Shown piece after piece: positions 15,956 through 23,914 of a stretch of 32,000 nt of DNA. The notes under the pieces were generated by a model, which was not told the DNA's origin, did no database searches, and was given only the letters and a program-made list of their open reading frames with translations. Source of the stretch: Patescibacteria group bacterium (GTDB taxonomy: Bacteria; Patescibacteriota; Minisyncoccia; UBA6257; HR35); contig JAUQQN010000001.1 in assembly GCA_030549845.1 (NCBI GenBank), forward strand, positions 270,001 to 302,000, given 5' to 3'. The stretch's first letter is position 1. Each line of letters opens with the position of its first letter. The position numbers and the translations under genes are program-made.

Positions 15956-18900
15956 TTAATATAAATTTTTTTTGGCTTAAATATATTAATTATCTCAAAA
16001 ATGTTTGCTAAAAATCCTACTCCTATATTGAAAATTCTTTTTATTAAAGAGACCCTTTGAGTTTTTTCAGGTAAAGATTGTGATGTAGATTCTTCAGCAG
16101 GTAATTCCTCTTCCTGTTGTTGAATTAATTTATTATTTATTTCCTCTTCAATTTTATCAATTAAAGAATTATATTCTTCGCATAGATTATTAATTTCTTC
16201 AATTTTTTCATTTATTCGATCCAAGTTTTGTTCAATATTAGTTTGTATGCTTTGAATTTCTTCTGGCTTAAATTGACTTAGATAATCTTCCCAAATTTTA
16301 TCTGTTTCTTTTTGCATTTCTTGTATTAATTGATCTTTTTGTTGCTGTAAATTATTTAATTCTTGTAATTTAGTCCAAAAATCTTGATTTTGTTGTGTAG
16401 AGTTTCTATATAATTCTATTACTTCTTTAAAGGCCTTGCTTGTTTTTAAAATAAGCTCTAAAGACTCATCCATTCTTAAATATATAGCTTCTCCTTTTTC
16501 AGCACTCCATTTATTTGGTACCTTAGAAATGGCAAATTCCCACTCTAAAATATTAGTTCTTTTTGCATATTCCATGGTATTTGAAGCATAATTCTCCAAA
16601 GCATTGAAGTAATCATAAAGTTTATTTAAGTCATTTTGGATTGCTTCAGGAGTTGTAGAGGGTGGATTTGTTATTAAATTTGTTAAGAAATTATAAGATG
16701 CCATAACTAGGTTTTCTTGTTGAATACCACTTTTTGATGCTGGTGAATTGTATAAAGAATAAAATATATGTATAAGATCATGAACAATAAAGTATATTTT
16801 ATACTCAGGTTGTTGATAACCATATTTCCAATCTGTGCCATCATGAAAGTCTGTATCTAGCTGGCTATAATGGAATCTTCTTCTGAAAAATTCATAATCT
16901 TTATCCTTCATACAATTTGTAATGTGGGTAGGATAAAAATCATTAAAGAATGATAATTTTTCTCTTTTTCCTAAAGAAGGAGCACAATCTGTGTATTTTG
17001 TGCCTTCACCTACTCGATATATCTTTGTACCAGTGGCTACTGCAATGTAATCTCTTGGGAAATAATTATCATCTAAATCCAAAGGCGGTCGTTCTAGATC
17101 AATATACCTTTCAAAAAATATTGCTATTTTATTTGAATATAAATTACTAGCTCCGTATAAGCTTTGAGATATTTTTGAATTTATTTCTCTAATAAGATTA
17201 TCAATTTGAGATTTAATTGAATTTATTTGTTCATCCAATTTATTTATTTTTTCGGTATAACTAGCAGTTATAGAATCAATTTGATTTAAAATATTTTGGT
17301 TTATTAATTTTTCTAATGTAGTTGTGTTTGAAGATATTGAATTGGAAATCTCATTTAGTTCATTTTCTAAATTTTTGAAGTTATAAACTATTTCATTTAA
17401 TCTTTCTATACTTTCTGTAGTTTGCTCTTCTTTTAATTTTTGAATTATATTATCAATTTCATTTTTTGACCTTTCGGAAGTAGAAGTATAATCTTGAATA
17501 TTATTCATAAGTTGATTTATAGCCTTCACTATATTAATTACTCTTGAATTTAAACCAATAAGATTTCCTTTTTCTATTTCAGTAATTTTTCTTAATTGTG
17601 ATTCCATAGCAGATTTACATACTTGTTGCGATCCTGGAATTGATACAACCTGAAATTCATTGCATACTACATTTACTCTTTCAGGTCGATAGGCATTTTT
17701 AATATCAGCCATATAAGAAGAGTTACTTGAAGACCTAGCCTCCAAGCTTGCAAAACCTTTATCAATTATCTTAAACAATTTACTAGAAAGCCAACTTCTT
17801 ATAAAAGCTACTAAAACATTTGTTGCTCGCTCTTGTGATTTAAATATTTCTAAGGGGGATGTTAATATTTGCTCTTTTAACTTTTCATAATCTGCTGGGG
17901 ATGATAGGGTTGGCCCAGGTATTAAACAATTAGGATCTTCACCAGGAATATCTTTTTGAGCCTCTATCTTTTGTTTAATTTCTTGTAATTTTTTATCCAA
18001 CTTATCAATTTGAGTTTTATCTCCTTTTAGCATAGCATCTTCTAATTGTCTTGAAACTTCTTCATATTCTACATCTGCCCAAGTTTTTAAACATTGAGTT
18101 TTTGGTTTAAAGGTTAAACCACCGGGTTGTTGAATTTGAGTTTGAAATTGTTCATGTTCTTTATTTAAAGCTTCAATCAATGCTGCTGCATATCTATCTT
18201 GTATAAGCAAACAATTTGAAATTTTAGCAGCGTCTAAAATAGGTTTATTATAGTCAAAAAATATAGTTTGAATAGCACTAAATTCGGAATCAGGATAAAT
18301 TTGTGCTAGTAATTTTTTGAAATTAAGTTTATTTTTTATAGTTCCAAAAATATTAGCTAGCATTTTAAAACTAGGCTTTTCTATCTTAGCTACATAAGTT
18401 TCTGGTTTTTTTAAGCTATAAAGATTTTCTTCTTGTAAAGAAGCAGGTTGAATAAGTTCTAAATTTTTATATACTTGCTGCTCCTCGTATTTCTCGCATA
18501 TTCTTTTAGAGGCAATATTAAATTCTTGATATTTATAGAAAGCATTCAAAAACCCCATTAATTTAATTGAATTTTCTGCATTTCTTGCAACCTCATAACT
18601 CAAATCTTTTGTTGAATATAAAAGATTAATTAAACAACCTTTTAATTCTTCTGGGATACAGGGCTGCTCTTTATATTTATTAAATATTCTATTAAATACT
18701 CTTTGATGTTCTAAAAAAATCTTAAAATTTCTATAAGCTTCTATATCTTTTATATAATTTTTCAAAATTCTTCCATATATGAATTCATTAAGTTTATTAA
18801 TTAATTGAAATTTAAAATATTGAAGGGCATCCTGTAAAGCAAGATGAATAGAAGTTTTAATACTTGCTAAAACATTTTTAGTTGCTTCTTTTATAGAACT

Positions 18901-19260
18901 TGCTATAGCTTTATTTGTTTCTGGAGCTCCTACTGGAACTTTTCCAATTAGTGAACCTAAAATAGATTCTACTGCTTCAATTATTAAACTGGATAAGAAA
19001 TCTCTAATCAAGCTTTCAAAAAACCCAGGGCCTTTTGGAAGATTCCCGGCAAAAGCGTCTAATTCTGTTATATAATCAGTTGTTGATGTTGAAAATTCTT
19101 CGGTTTCTTCAATTTCAATAGGTTTTAAATTGCATTGTAATTTATAAGAAGATAAATCAATTTTTTCAGGGAAATCATCTGATTGAGAAAATATAAATCT
19201 TACTGGCAAGGCATTGAATAAAATAACAAAGATTATAAAAATTGATAAAAATTTTTTCAT
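15952..19260 (-). CDS. Large (1102 aa) secreted coiled-coil protein of unknown family, with a C-terminal hydrophobic segment
   Basis: It has a signal peptide (MKKFLSIFIIFVILFNALPVRFIFSQS), long Asn/Ile/Glu/Lys-rich heptad regions and scattered Cys residues. The C-terminal hydrophobic/amphipathic stretch is IFNIGVGFLANIFEIINIF. It shares 4-nt overlaps with both neighbours. Confidence 0.75.
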   Translation of the reverse strand: MKKFLSIFIIFVILFNALPVRFIFSQSDDFPEKIDLSSYKLQCNLKPIEIEETEEFSTSTTDYITELDAFAGNLPKGPGFFESLIRDFLSSLIIEAVESILGSLIGKVPVGAPETNKAIASSIKEATKNVLASIKTSIHLALQDALQYFKFQLINKLNEFIYGRILKNYIKDIEAYRNFKIFLEHQRVFNRIFNKYKEQPCIPEELKGCLINLLYSTKDLSYEVARNAENSIKLMGFLNAFYKYQEFNIASKRICEKYEEQQVYKNLELIQPASLQEENLYSLKKPETYVAKIEKPSFKMLANIFGTIKNKLNFKKLLAQIYPDSEFSAIQTIFFDYNKPILDAAKISNCLLIQDRYAAALIEALNKEHEQFQTQIQQPGGLTFKPKTQCLKTWADVEYEEVSRQLEDAMLKGDKTQIDKLDKKLQEIKQKIEAQKDIPGEDPNCLIPGPTLSSPADYEKLKEQILTSPLEIFKSQERATNVLVAFIRSWLSSKLFKIIDKGFASLEARSSSNSSYMADIKNAYRPERVNVVCNEFQVVSIPGSQQVCKSAMESQLRKITEIEKGNLIGLNSRVINIVKAINQLMNNIQDYTSTSERSKNEIDNIIQKLKEEQTTESIERLNEIVYNFKNLENELNEISNSISSNTTTLEKLINQNILNQIDSITASYTEKINKLDEQINSIKSQIDNLIREINSKISQSLYGASNLYSNKIAIFFERYIDLERPPLDLDDNYFPRDYIAVATGTKIYRVGEGTKYTDCAPSLGKREKLSFFNDFYPTHITNCMKDKDYEFFRRRFHYSQLDTDFHDGTDWKYGYQQPEYKIYFIVHDLIHIFYSLYNSPASKSGIQQENLVMASYNFLTNLITNPPSTTPEAIQNDLNKLYDYFNALENYASNTMEYAKRTNILEWEFAISKVPNKWSAEKGEAIYLRMDESLELILKTSKAFKEVIELYRNSTQQNQDFWTKLQELNNLQQQKDQLIQEMQKETDKIWEDYLSQFKPEEIQSIQTNIEQNLDRINEKIEEINNLCEEYNSLIDKIEEEINNKLIQQQEEELPAEESTSQSLPEKTQRVSLIKRIFNIGVGFLANIFEIINIFKPKKIYIK

Positions 19261-19916
19261 AATTTTTCTAAAATTTTTTCTTGTAAATTTGCTAAATCGT
19301 TAAGAATTAATAATAACGAAGTTCCTTTTTCTGAATCTTCTGTATTAGAAAGTTCAACCAGAGCCTCTCCTAACATCCCTAGTATTATTACTTCTAATTT
19401 GTGAAATTCATAATAACTTTTAGGTACCTCTATTTTAGAAATATTATTTGCCACACTTAAAATATATTGTCCATTGGCCCTTAAATTGTTTTTATCATTA
19501 AAATCTAAATTAACATATTTTAAATTTTCTATTTCTTTTTTAAGTTCCTCAGCATATACTCTTTCATCCTTTAGGTTGTTTATTTTTATATTTTTTACAT
19601 AATTGTCTATTTTTTTAATTAATTTTGCCTCAAGTTCAATTCTTTTTCCTCCTGTACTTATCATCTCTGCTTTTAAATAATCCAAGGCTGCTTTTTCTAA
19701 ATATAAATCCTTACCTTCTAATACTTGTAATAAATCTTTAAACTCAGGATATTTGTTAAGTTCAGATTTGTAAAAATTAACGTCCTTTTTATAATTTGTT
19801 TTCTTGCTTTGGGTTTTAGAACCTGATATTAAAGAAATAAACCCTAAAATAAAAATTATGAATAGAAAGAATAAGATGATAAGCAATAATAATTTTTTGT
19901 TTTTTAAAATTTTCAT
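19257..19916 (-). CDS. Hypothetical N-terminally anchored protein, first gene of the T4SS-like operon
   Basis: A TM anchor (LLLLIILFFLFIIFILGFISLISG) is followed by a helical, Lys/Glu-rich ectodomain. The ATG lies 5 nt downstream of the tRNA-Thr 3' end. Confidence 0.7.
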   Translation of the reverse strand: MKILKNKKLLLLIILFFLFIIFILGFISLISGSKTQSKKTNYKKDVNFYKSELNKYPEFKDLLQVLEGKDLYLEKAALDYLKAEMISTGGKRIELEAKLIKKIDNYVKNIKINNLKDERVYAEELKKEIENLKYVNLDFNDKNNLRANGQYILSVANNISKIEVPKSYYEFHKLEVIILGMLGEALVELSNTEDSEKGTSLLLILNDLANLQEKILEKL

Positions 19917-19921
19917 AGTTG

Positions 19922-19993
19922 AGCCAGTAGCGGGATTCGAACCCGCAACCTACCGCTTACGAAGCGGTCGCTCTACCATTGAGCTATACTGGC
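19922..19993 (-). tRNA. tRNA-Thr (anticodon CGU)
   Basis: The reverse complement folds as a cloverleaf: GCCAGTA-TA-GCTC-AATGGTA-GAGC-G-ACCGC-TTCGTAA-GCGGT-AGGTT-GCGGG-TTCGAAT-CCCGC-TACTGGC-T. The anticodon loop TT-CGT-AA gives CGU. No CCA is encoded. Confidence 0.9.
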
Positions 19994-20016
19994 TTATTAA
20001 ATAAATTTTAAAACAA

Positions 20017-20301
20017 CTATTCTTCAAAATTTTCAGGCAAAATAATAACACTTTCTCCTGGTTCAGCTAGATTAAGCTTTTCTTTTAATTCTTTTTTAAA
20101 ATTTTCTGGATCACTTAAATATTCTAATCTGCTTTTAAGTTTATTATTTTCGTTTAACTTTCTTTCTAAATAATTTTTGTAAATATAAATTTCATCTTTT
20201 AAGGGTTTATTAAATCTCATTTCTTTTACTATTAAAAAACCTAAATAAATTATTATTAGAATTTCTAAAATAAGCAGAAATTTATAAAGATTTTTAAACA
20301 T
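20017..20301 (-). CDS. ftsB: Septum formation initiator family protein (FtsB/DivIC-like)
   Basis: 94 aa with a single N-terminal TM helix, a coiled coil, and the typical C-terminal motif (LSDPENFKKELKEKLNLAEPGESVI; cf. ..AR..L.l..pGE.v). Confidence 0.6.
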   Translation of the reverse strand: MFKNLYKFLLILEILIIIYLGFLIVKEMRFNKPLKDEIYIYKNYLERKLNENNKLKSRLEYLSDPENFKKELKEKLNLAEPGESVIILPENFEE

Positions 20302-20629
20302 TTTCGTATACTTTTATTTTCACCTTTTTACCCAAAGATACTGTAATTAATAAGATTTTAAACTCATCTATTTTATTTTTATTTACTAAATAGTTAATCA
20401 GATTATGAAATTTTTTAGTTTTTTTGTTGGTATAATGCCAAGAAGGGTCGTAATTTTTATTTGTTTTTAAAGTTTTAACTTCTATAAAATAATAAATATT
20501 ATTCTTTTTAGCTATGATATCAATTTCTCCATACCTTTTAAACCACAAATTTTTTTCTAAAACCTCATACCCTTTTCTTTTTAAGAATTCAGCTGCAATT
20601 TTTTCTCCTAAATAACCCACTTTGTTCAT
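20294..20629 (-). CDS. yraN: YraN-family (UPF0102) endonuclease-like protein
   Basis: GEKIAAEFLKRKGYEVLEKNLWFKRYGEIDIIAKKNNIYYFIEVKT matches the YraN signature (GE..A..yL...Gy.il.rN.r...GEiDii......l.FvEVK). Confidence 0.85.
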   Translation of the reverse strand: MNKVGYLGEKIAAEFLKRKGYEVLEKNLWFKRYGEIDIIAKKNNIYYFIEVKTLKTNKNYDPSWHYTNKKTKKFHNLINYLVNKNKIDEFKILLITVSLGKKVKIKVYENV

Positions 20630-21120
20630 CTAAAAAATCTTCTATACATTAATTCCCATTTAGGAACAGCCTCTTCATATTCATCAAGGAATTCTCTTAA
20701 AGTTTTTCTTAATTCTTCCATATCAATAAGAAATTCTTCAATAGGTATGATAGCGCCTATGGTAAAAATATGCTTAGGTACAAAATACAAATAGTATTTA
20801 TCTTCTATTTTAAAAATTTCAAACCCGATAATTTCATCCCAAGTATATTTTTTATTATTTATAGAAATCCCTTCTTGATTCAATACTATTTTTAATTCTT
20901 TTGTTTCATAAAATATAGGGTGAAAAAAAAAGAAAAGGGCTATGAAAGAAATTACTAAAAAAAGAAAATCTTTTGCGATTATAGAATATAAAATCGATGC
21001 ACCTACTACAACCCCCCAAAATAAATGCCATAAAATATCGCCATAAGGATGTTCGTCATGAGAAGTAGTAACCCATGAAAATGAAAAAGAGGGTATTCTA
21101 TCTTCTTTTGCCATTATCAA
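20626..21120 (-). CDS. Hypothetical membrane protein (2 TM plus a small C-terminal soluble domain)
   Basis: Two hydrophobic helices (LFWGVVVGASILYSIIA, FLFLVISFIALFFFF) are followed by a ~90-aa domain. It has an ATGA-type overlap with yraN. No family is recognised. Confidence 0.6.
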   Translation of the reverse strand: MIMAKEDRIPSFSFSWVTTSHDEHPYGDILWHLFWGVVVGASILYSIIAKDFLFLVISFIALFFFFHPIFYETKELKIVLNQEGISINNKKYTWDEIIGFEIFKIEDKYYLYFVPKHIFTIGAIIPIEEFLIDMEELRKTLREFLDEYEEAVPKWELMYRRFFR

Positions 21121-21149
21121 TTAATTTTTTATAATAATTAAATTATAAA

Positions 21150-23555
21150 ATGAGTTACCCGTTTAAAAAAATAGAAAAAAAGTGGCAAAAGATTTGGAAA
21201 AAAAATAAATACAAAAACTGGAAAGCTAAGGATTTTAAGGGTAAAAAAATTTATATTTTAGATATGTTTCCTTACCCTTCAGGTGAGGGATTGCATGTCG
21301 GCCATGTAGAAGGGTATACTGCAACAGACATTTTAGCAAGATATTATCGTATGAAAGGATATAATGTTCTCCATCCTATGGGGTGGGATGCTTTTGGTTT
21401 ACCTGCTGAGAATTATGCATTAAAGATGAAAAAAAATCCAATGACATTTGTTCCTAAAAATATCAAAAGATATAAAAATCAAATGGAAATGATAGGGTTA
21501 AGCTATGATTGGGATAGAGAAATAAATACAACTGATCCAAATTATTATAAATGGACCCAATGGATGTTCTTGAAAATGTATGAAAAAGGTTTAGTTTATC
21601 AAAAAACTGCGCCTATTAATTTTTGCCCTTCATGCAAAACAGGATTGGCAAATGAAGAAGTTATTGGAGGTAGGTGTGAAAGGTGCGGAAGTATTACAGA
21701 AGTGAAATACCTTAATCAATGGCATATTAAAATAACAGCTTATGCAGATAGGTTATTAGAAGATTTGGATGAACTTGATTGGCCTGAAAATGTCAAAGAA
21801 ATGCAAAGAAATTGGATAGGAAAAAGTGAGGGTTATGAAGTAACATTCAAAATTGCAGGAGAAGAAAAAGAAATTATTATTTTTACCACAAGATTGGATA
21901 CAATTTTCGGTGCAACATTTGTAGTATTAGCTCCTGAACATCCTTTAAGTGCAAAAATTCCTGAAGAAGAATACGTTTCTAATGTGGAAAGCTATATAGA
22001 AAATTCACTTAAAAGGCCCGAAAGAGAAAGGAAAATAGAAGAAGAAATGTCAGGAGTTTTTACTGGTAGGTATGCTATCCATCCTATAACTGGCGAAAGA
22101 ATACCTATATGGGTAAGCGACTATGTTCTTTATTATTATGGCACTGGAGCTATAATGGGAGTTCCTGCACATGACTCAAGAGATTATAGGTTTGCTAAAA
22201 AATTTGGATTAAAAATAATATCTGTGGTTTCACCAAATAAAAACGAAGAACCCCAAAATCTTCCATTTGAAGATTACGGATATTTAATAAACTCATTTGA
22301 TTATAATGGTTTAGATTCAAAAACGGCGATAGAAGAAATAGGTAAATATTTAGAAGAAAAAGGATTAGCTAAAAAAGCTGTTTATTATAAATTAAGAGAT
22401 TGGGTATTTTCAAGGCAAAGATATTGGGGAGAACCAATTCCTTTAATAAAGTGTCCAAAATGCGGCATAGTTCCTGTCCCAGAAAAAGATTTGCCCCTTA
22501 AGTTACCTAAGGTCAAAAGCTATGAACCAACAGGTACGGGAGAGTCCCCATTAAAGAATATTACAAAATGGGTGAAAACCAAATGTCCAAAATGTAAAAG
22601 TGATGCTGAAAGAGAAACTCATACAATGCCACAATGGGCCGGATCCTGTTGGTATTATCTAAGATATATAGATCCTAAGAATAATAAAAAATTTGCTGGT
22701 TTTCAAAAATTAAAATATTGGTTGCCAGTGGATATATATGTAGGCGGAGTAGAGCATGCTGTTTTGCATTTACTTTATGCTAGATTCTGGCATAAATTCT
22801 TATACGATTTAAACCTTGTTCCTACCAAAGAACCGTTTATGAAACTAGTAAATCAAGGAATTATTTTAGGGCCAGATCATGAGAAAATGTCAAAATCAAG
22901 AGGTAATGTTATAAATCCAGACGAAGTTATCGAAAAATATGGAGCAGATACTTTGAGGATGTATGAAATGTTTATGGGTCCATTAGAAGCTGTTAAGCCT
23001 TGGGATACAAAAGGAATCATAGGAATTTTTAGATTTTTAAATAAAGTTTGGGAATATAATAAAAAGGTTAGAAAAAGTAAGAAGAAAAAAGAAGACACTA
23101 AAATAAATATAGAACTTAACAAAACAATTAAAAAAGTTACTGAAGATATAGAAGCCATGAAATTTAATACAGCGATAAGTTCTATGATGGAATTTTTAAA
23201 CTATGTGTGGGACAAAGAAGTAACCAAAACTACTTGGCTTAATTTTATAAAAATTTTATTTCCTTTTGCACCACACATAACTCAAGAAATTTGGTCTCAA
23301 TACAAAAAAGGATTTTTAGATAAAGAAGCTTGGCCCAAATATGATGAAAAATTACTAAAGGAAAAAGAAAAACTAATAATAATTCAAATAAATGGCAAAA
23401 AAAGAGATGAAATGAGCGTTGATGTAAGTGCTTCATTAGAGGAAATTCAAAAAGAAGCGCTAGAAAGAACAAAAGTTAAGAAATTTTTAGAGAATAAAAA
23501 AGTCCATAAAATAATATTTGTCCAAGATAAAATTTTAAATATAGTTACAGATTAA
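21150..23555 (+). CDS. leuS: Leucyl-tRNA synthetase
   Basis: Contains the HIGH motif (PYPSGEGLHVGHVEGYTATD), the KMSKS motif (HEKMSKSRGN) and a zinc-ribbon Cys pair (CPSC...CERC). At 801 aa it has bacterial LeuRS architecture. Confidence 0.97.
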   Translation: MSYPFKKIEKKWQKIWKKNKYKNWKAKDFKGKKIYILDMFPYPSGEGLHVGHVEGYTATDILARYYRMKGYNVLHPMGWDAFGLPAENYALKMKKNPMTFVPKNIKRYKNQMEMIGLSYDWDREINTTDPNYYKWTQWMFLKMYEKGLVYQKTAPINFCPSCKTGLANEEVIGGRCERCGSITEVKYLNQWHIKITAYADRLLEDLDELDWPENVKEMQRNWIGKSEGYEVTFKIAGEEKEIIIFTTRLDTIFGATFVVLAPEHPLSAKIPEEEYVSNVESYIENSLKRPERERKIEEEMSGVFTGRYAIHPITGERIPIWVSDYVLYYYGTGAIMGVPAHDSRDYRFAKKFGLKIISVVSPNKNEEPQNLPFEDYGYLINSFDYNGLDSKTAIEEIGKYLEEKGLAKKAVYYKLRDWVFSRQRYWGEPIPLIKCPKCGIVPVPEKDLPLKLPKVKSYEPTGTGESPLKNITKWVKTKCPKCKSDAERETHTMPQWAGSCWYYLRYIDPKNNKKFAGFQKLKYWLPVDIYVGGVEHAVLHLLYARFWHKFLYDLNLVPTKEPFMKLVNQGIILGPDHEKMSKSRGNVINPDEVIEKYGADTLRMYEMFMGPLEAVKPWDTKGIIGIFRFLNKVWEYNKKVRKSKKKKEDTKINIELNKTIKKVTEDIEAMKFNTAISSMMEFLNYVWDKEVTKTTWLNFIKILFPFAPHITQEIWSQYKKGFLDKEAWPKYDEKLLKEKEKLIIIQINGKKRDEMSVDVSASLEEIQKEALERTKVKKFLENKKVHKIIFVQDKILNIVTD

Positions 23556-23914
23556 AATCCAGAAGCACTACCATAGCCAGTAATAGTACCCACAGTTGGT
23601 ATAGGTATAGGATGGGGAAATGCAGGTTTTAAGCATACGCCTCCTGGGATCCACCAACCAAGCATTTTAGTTCCAGGAACAGGGGGATAAATAAACATCA
23701 TATACCTATTAGAACCTGCAGGTACAAAATATGGCCCAGGTGGTATAGAAATAGAACCAACTGGTGGTTGTACTTTTATCATAACTCCTCCATTTAAGCA
23801 AGGAAAAGGAGAGATCCAAACTACTCTAGGGGTACCAAAAGGAAGTCCTACTGCATAAGTTTTTGTGCTTATTAATAAAAATAACAATAAGAGAAGAAAC
23901 AAAAGTTTTTTCAT
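23552..23914 (-). CDS. Small secreted Pro/Gly-rich protein (120 aa), unknown family
   Basis: A clear signal peptide (MKKLLFLLLLLFLLISTKTYA) is followed by a mature part rich in P, G, V and I with two Cys residues. The ATG abuts the tRNA-Ile 3' end. Its stop overlaps the leuS stop in a TTAA palindrome. Confidence 0.65.
   Translation of the reverse strand: MKKLLFLLLLLFLLISTKTYAVGLPFGTPRVVWISPFPCLNGGVMIKVQPPVGSISIPPGPYFVPAGSNRYMMFIYPPVPGTKMLGWWIPGGVCLKPAFPHPIPIPTVGTITGYGSASGF

Noticed and set aside
5800-19993. Integrative conjugative element inserted at tRNA-Thr
   Set aside because: I see no integrase, relaxase, coupling protein or excisionase. I see no direct repeat of the tRNA-Thr 3' segment near the distal boundary, and no visible compositional break. 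The possibility is retained only as a low-weight historical hypothesis in the findings.
19804-20004. 66-aa plus-strand ORF spanning the tRNA-Thr locus
   Set aside because: It is antisense to a well-folded tRNA and to the start of the 219-aa operon gene. It has no supporting features.
21121-21149. T-box or other riboswitch leaders upstream of leuS and valS
   Set aside because: The intergenic spaces are only 29 nt (leuS) and 30 nt (valS, between the tRNA-Val and the ATG). That is far too short for a T-box or any structured leader.
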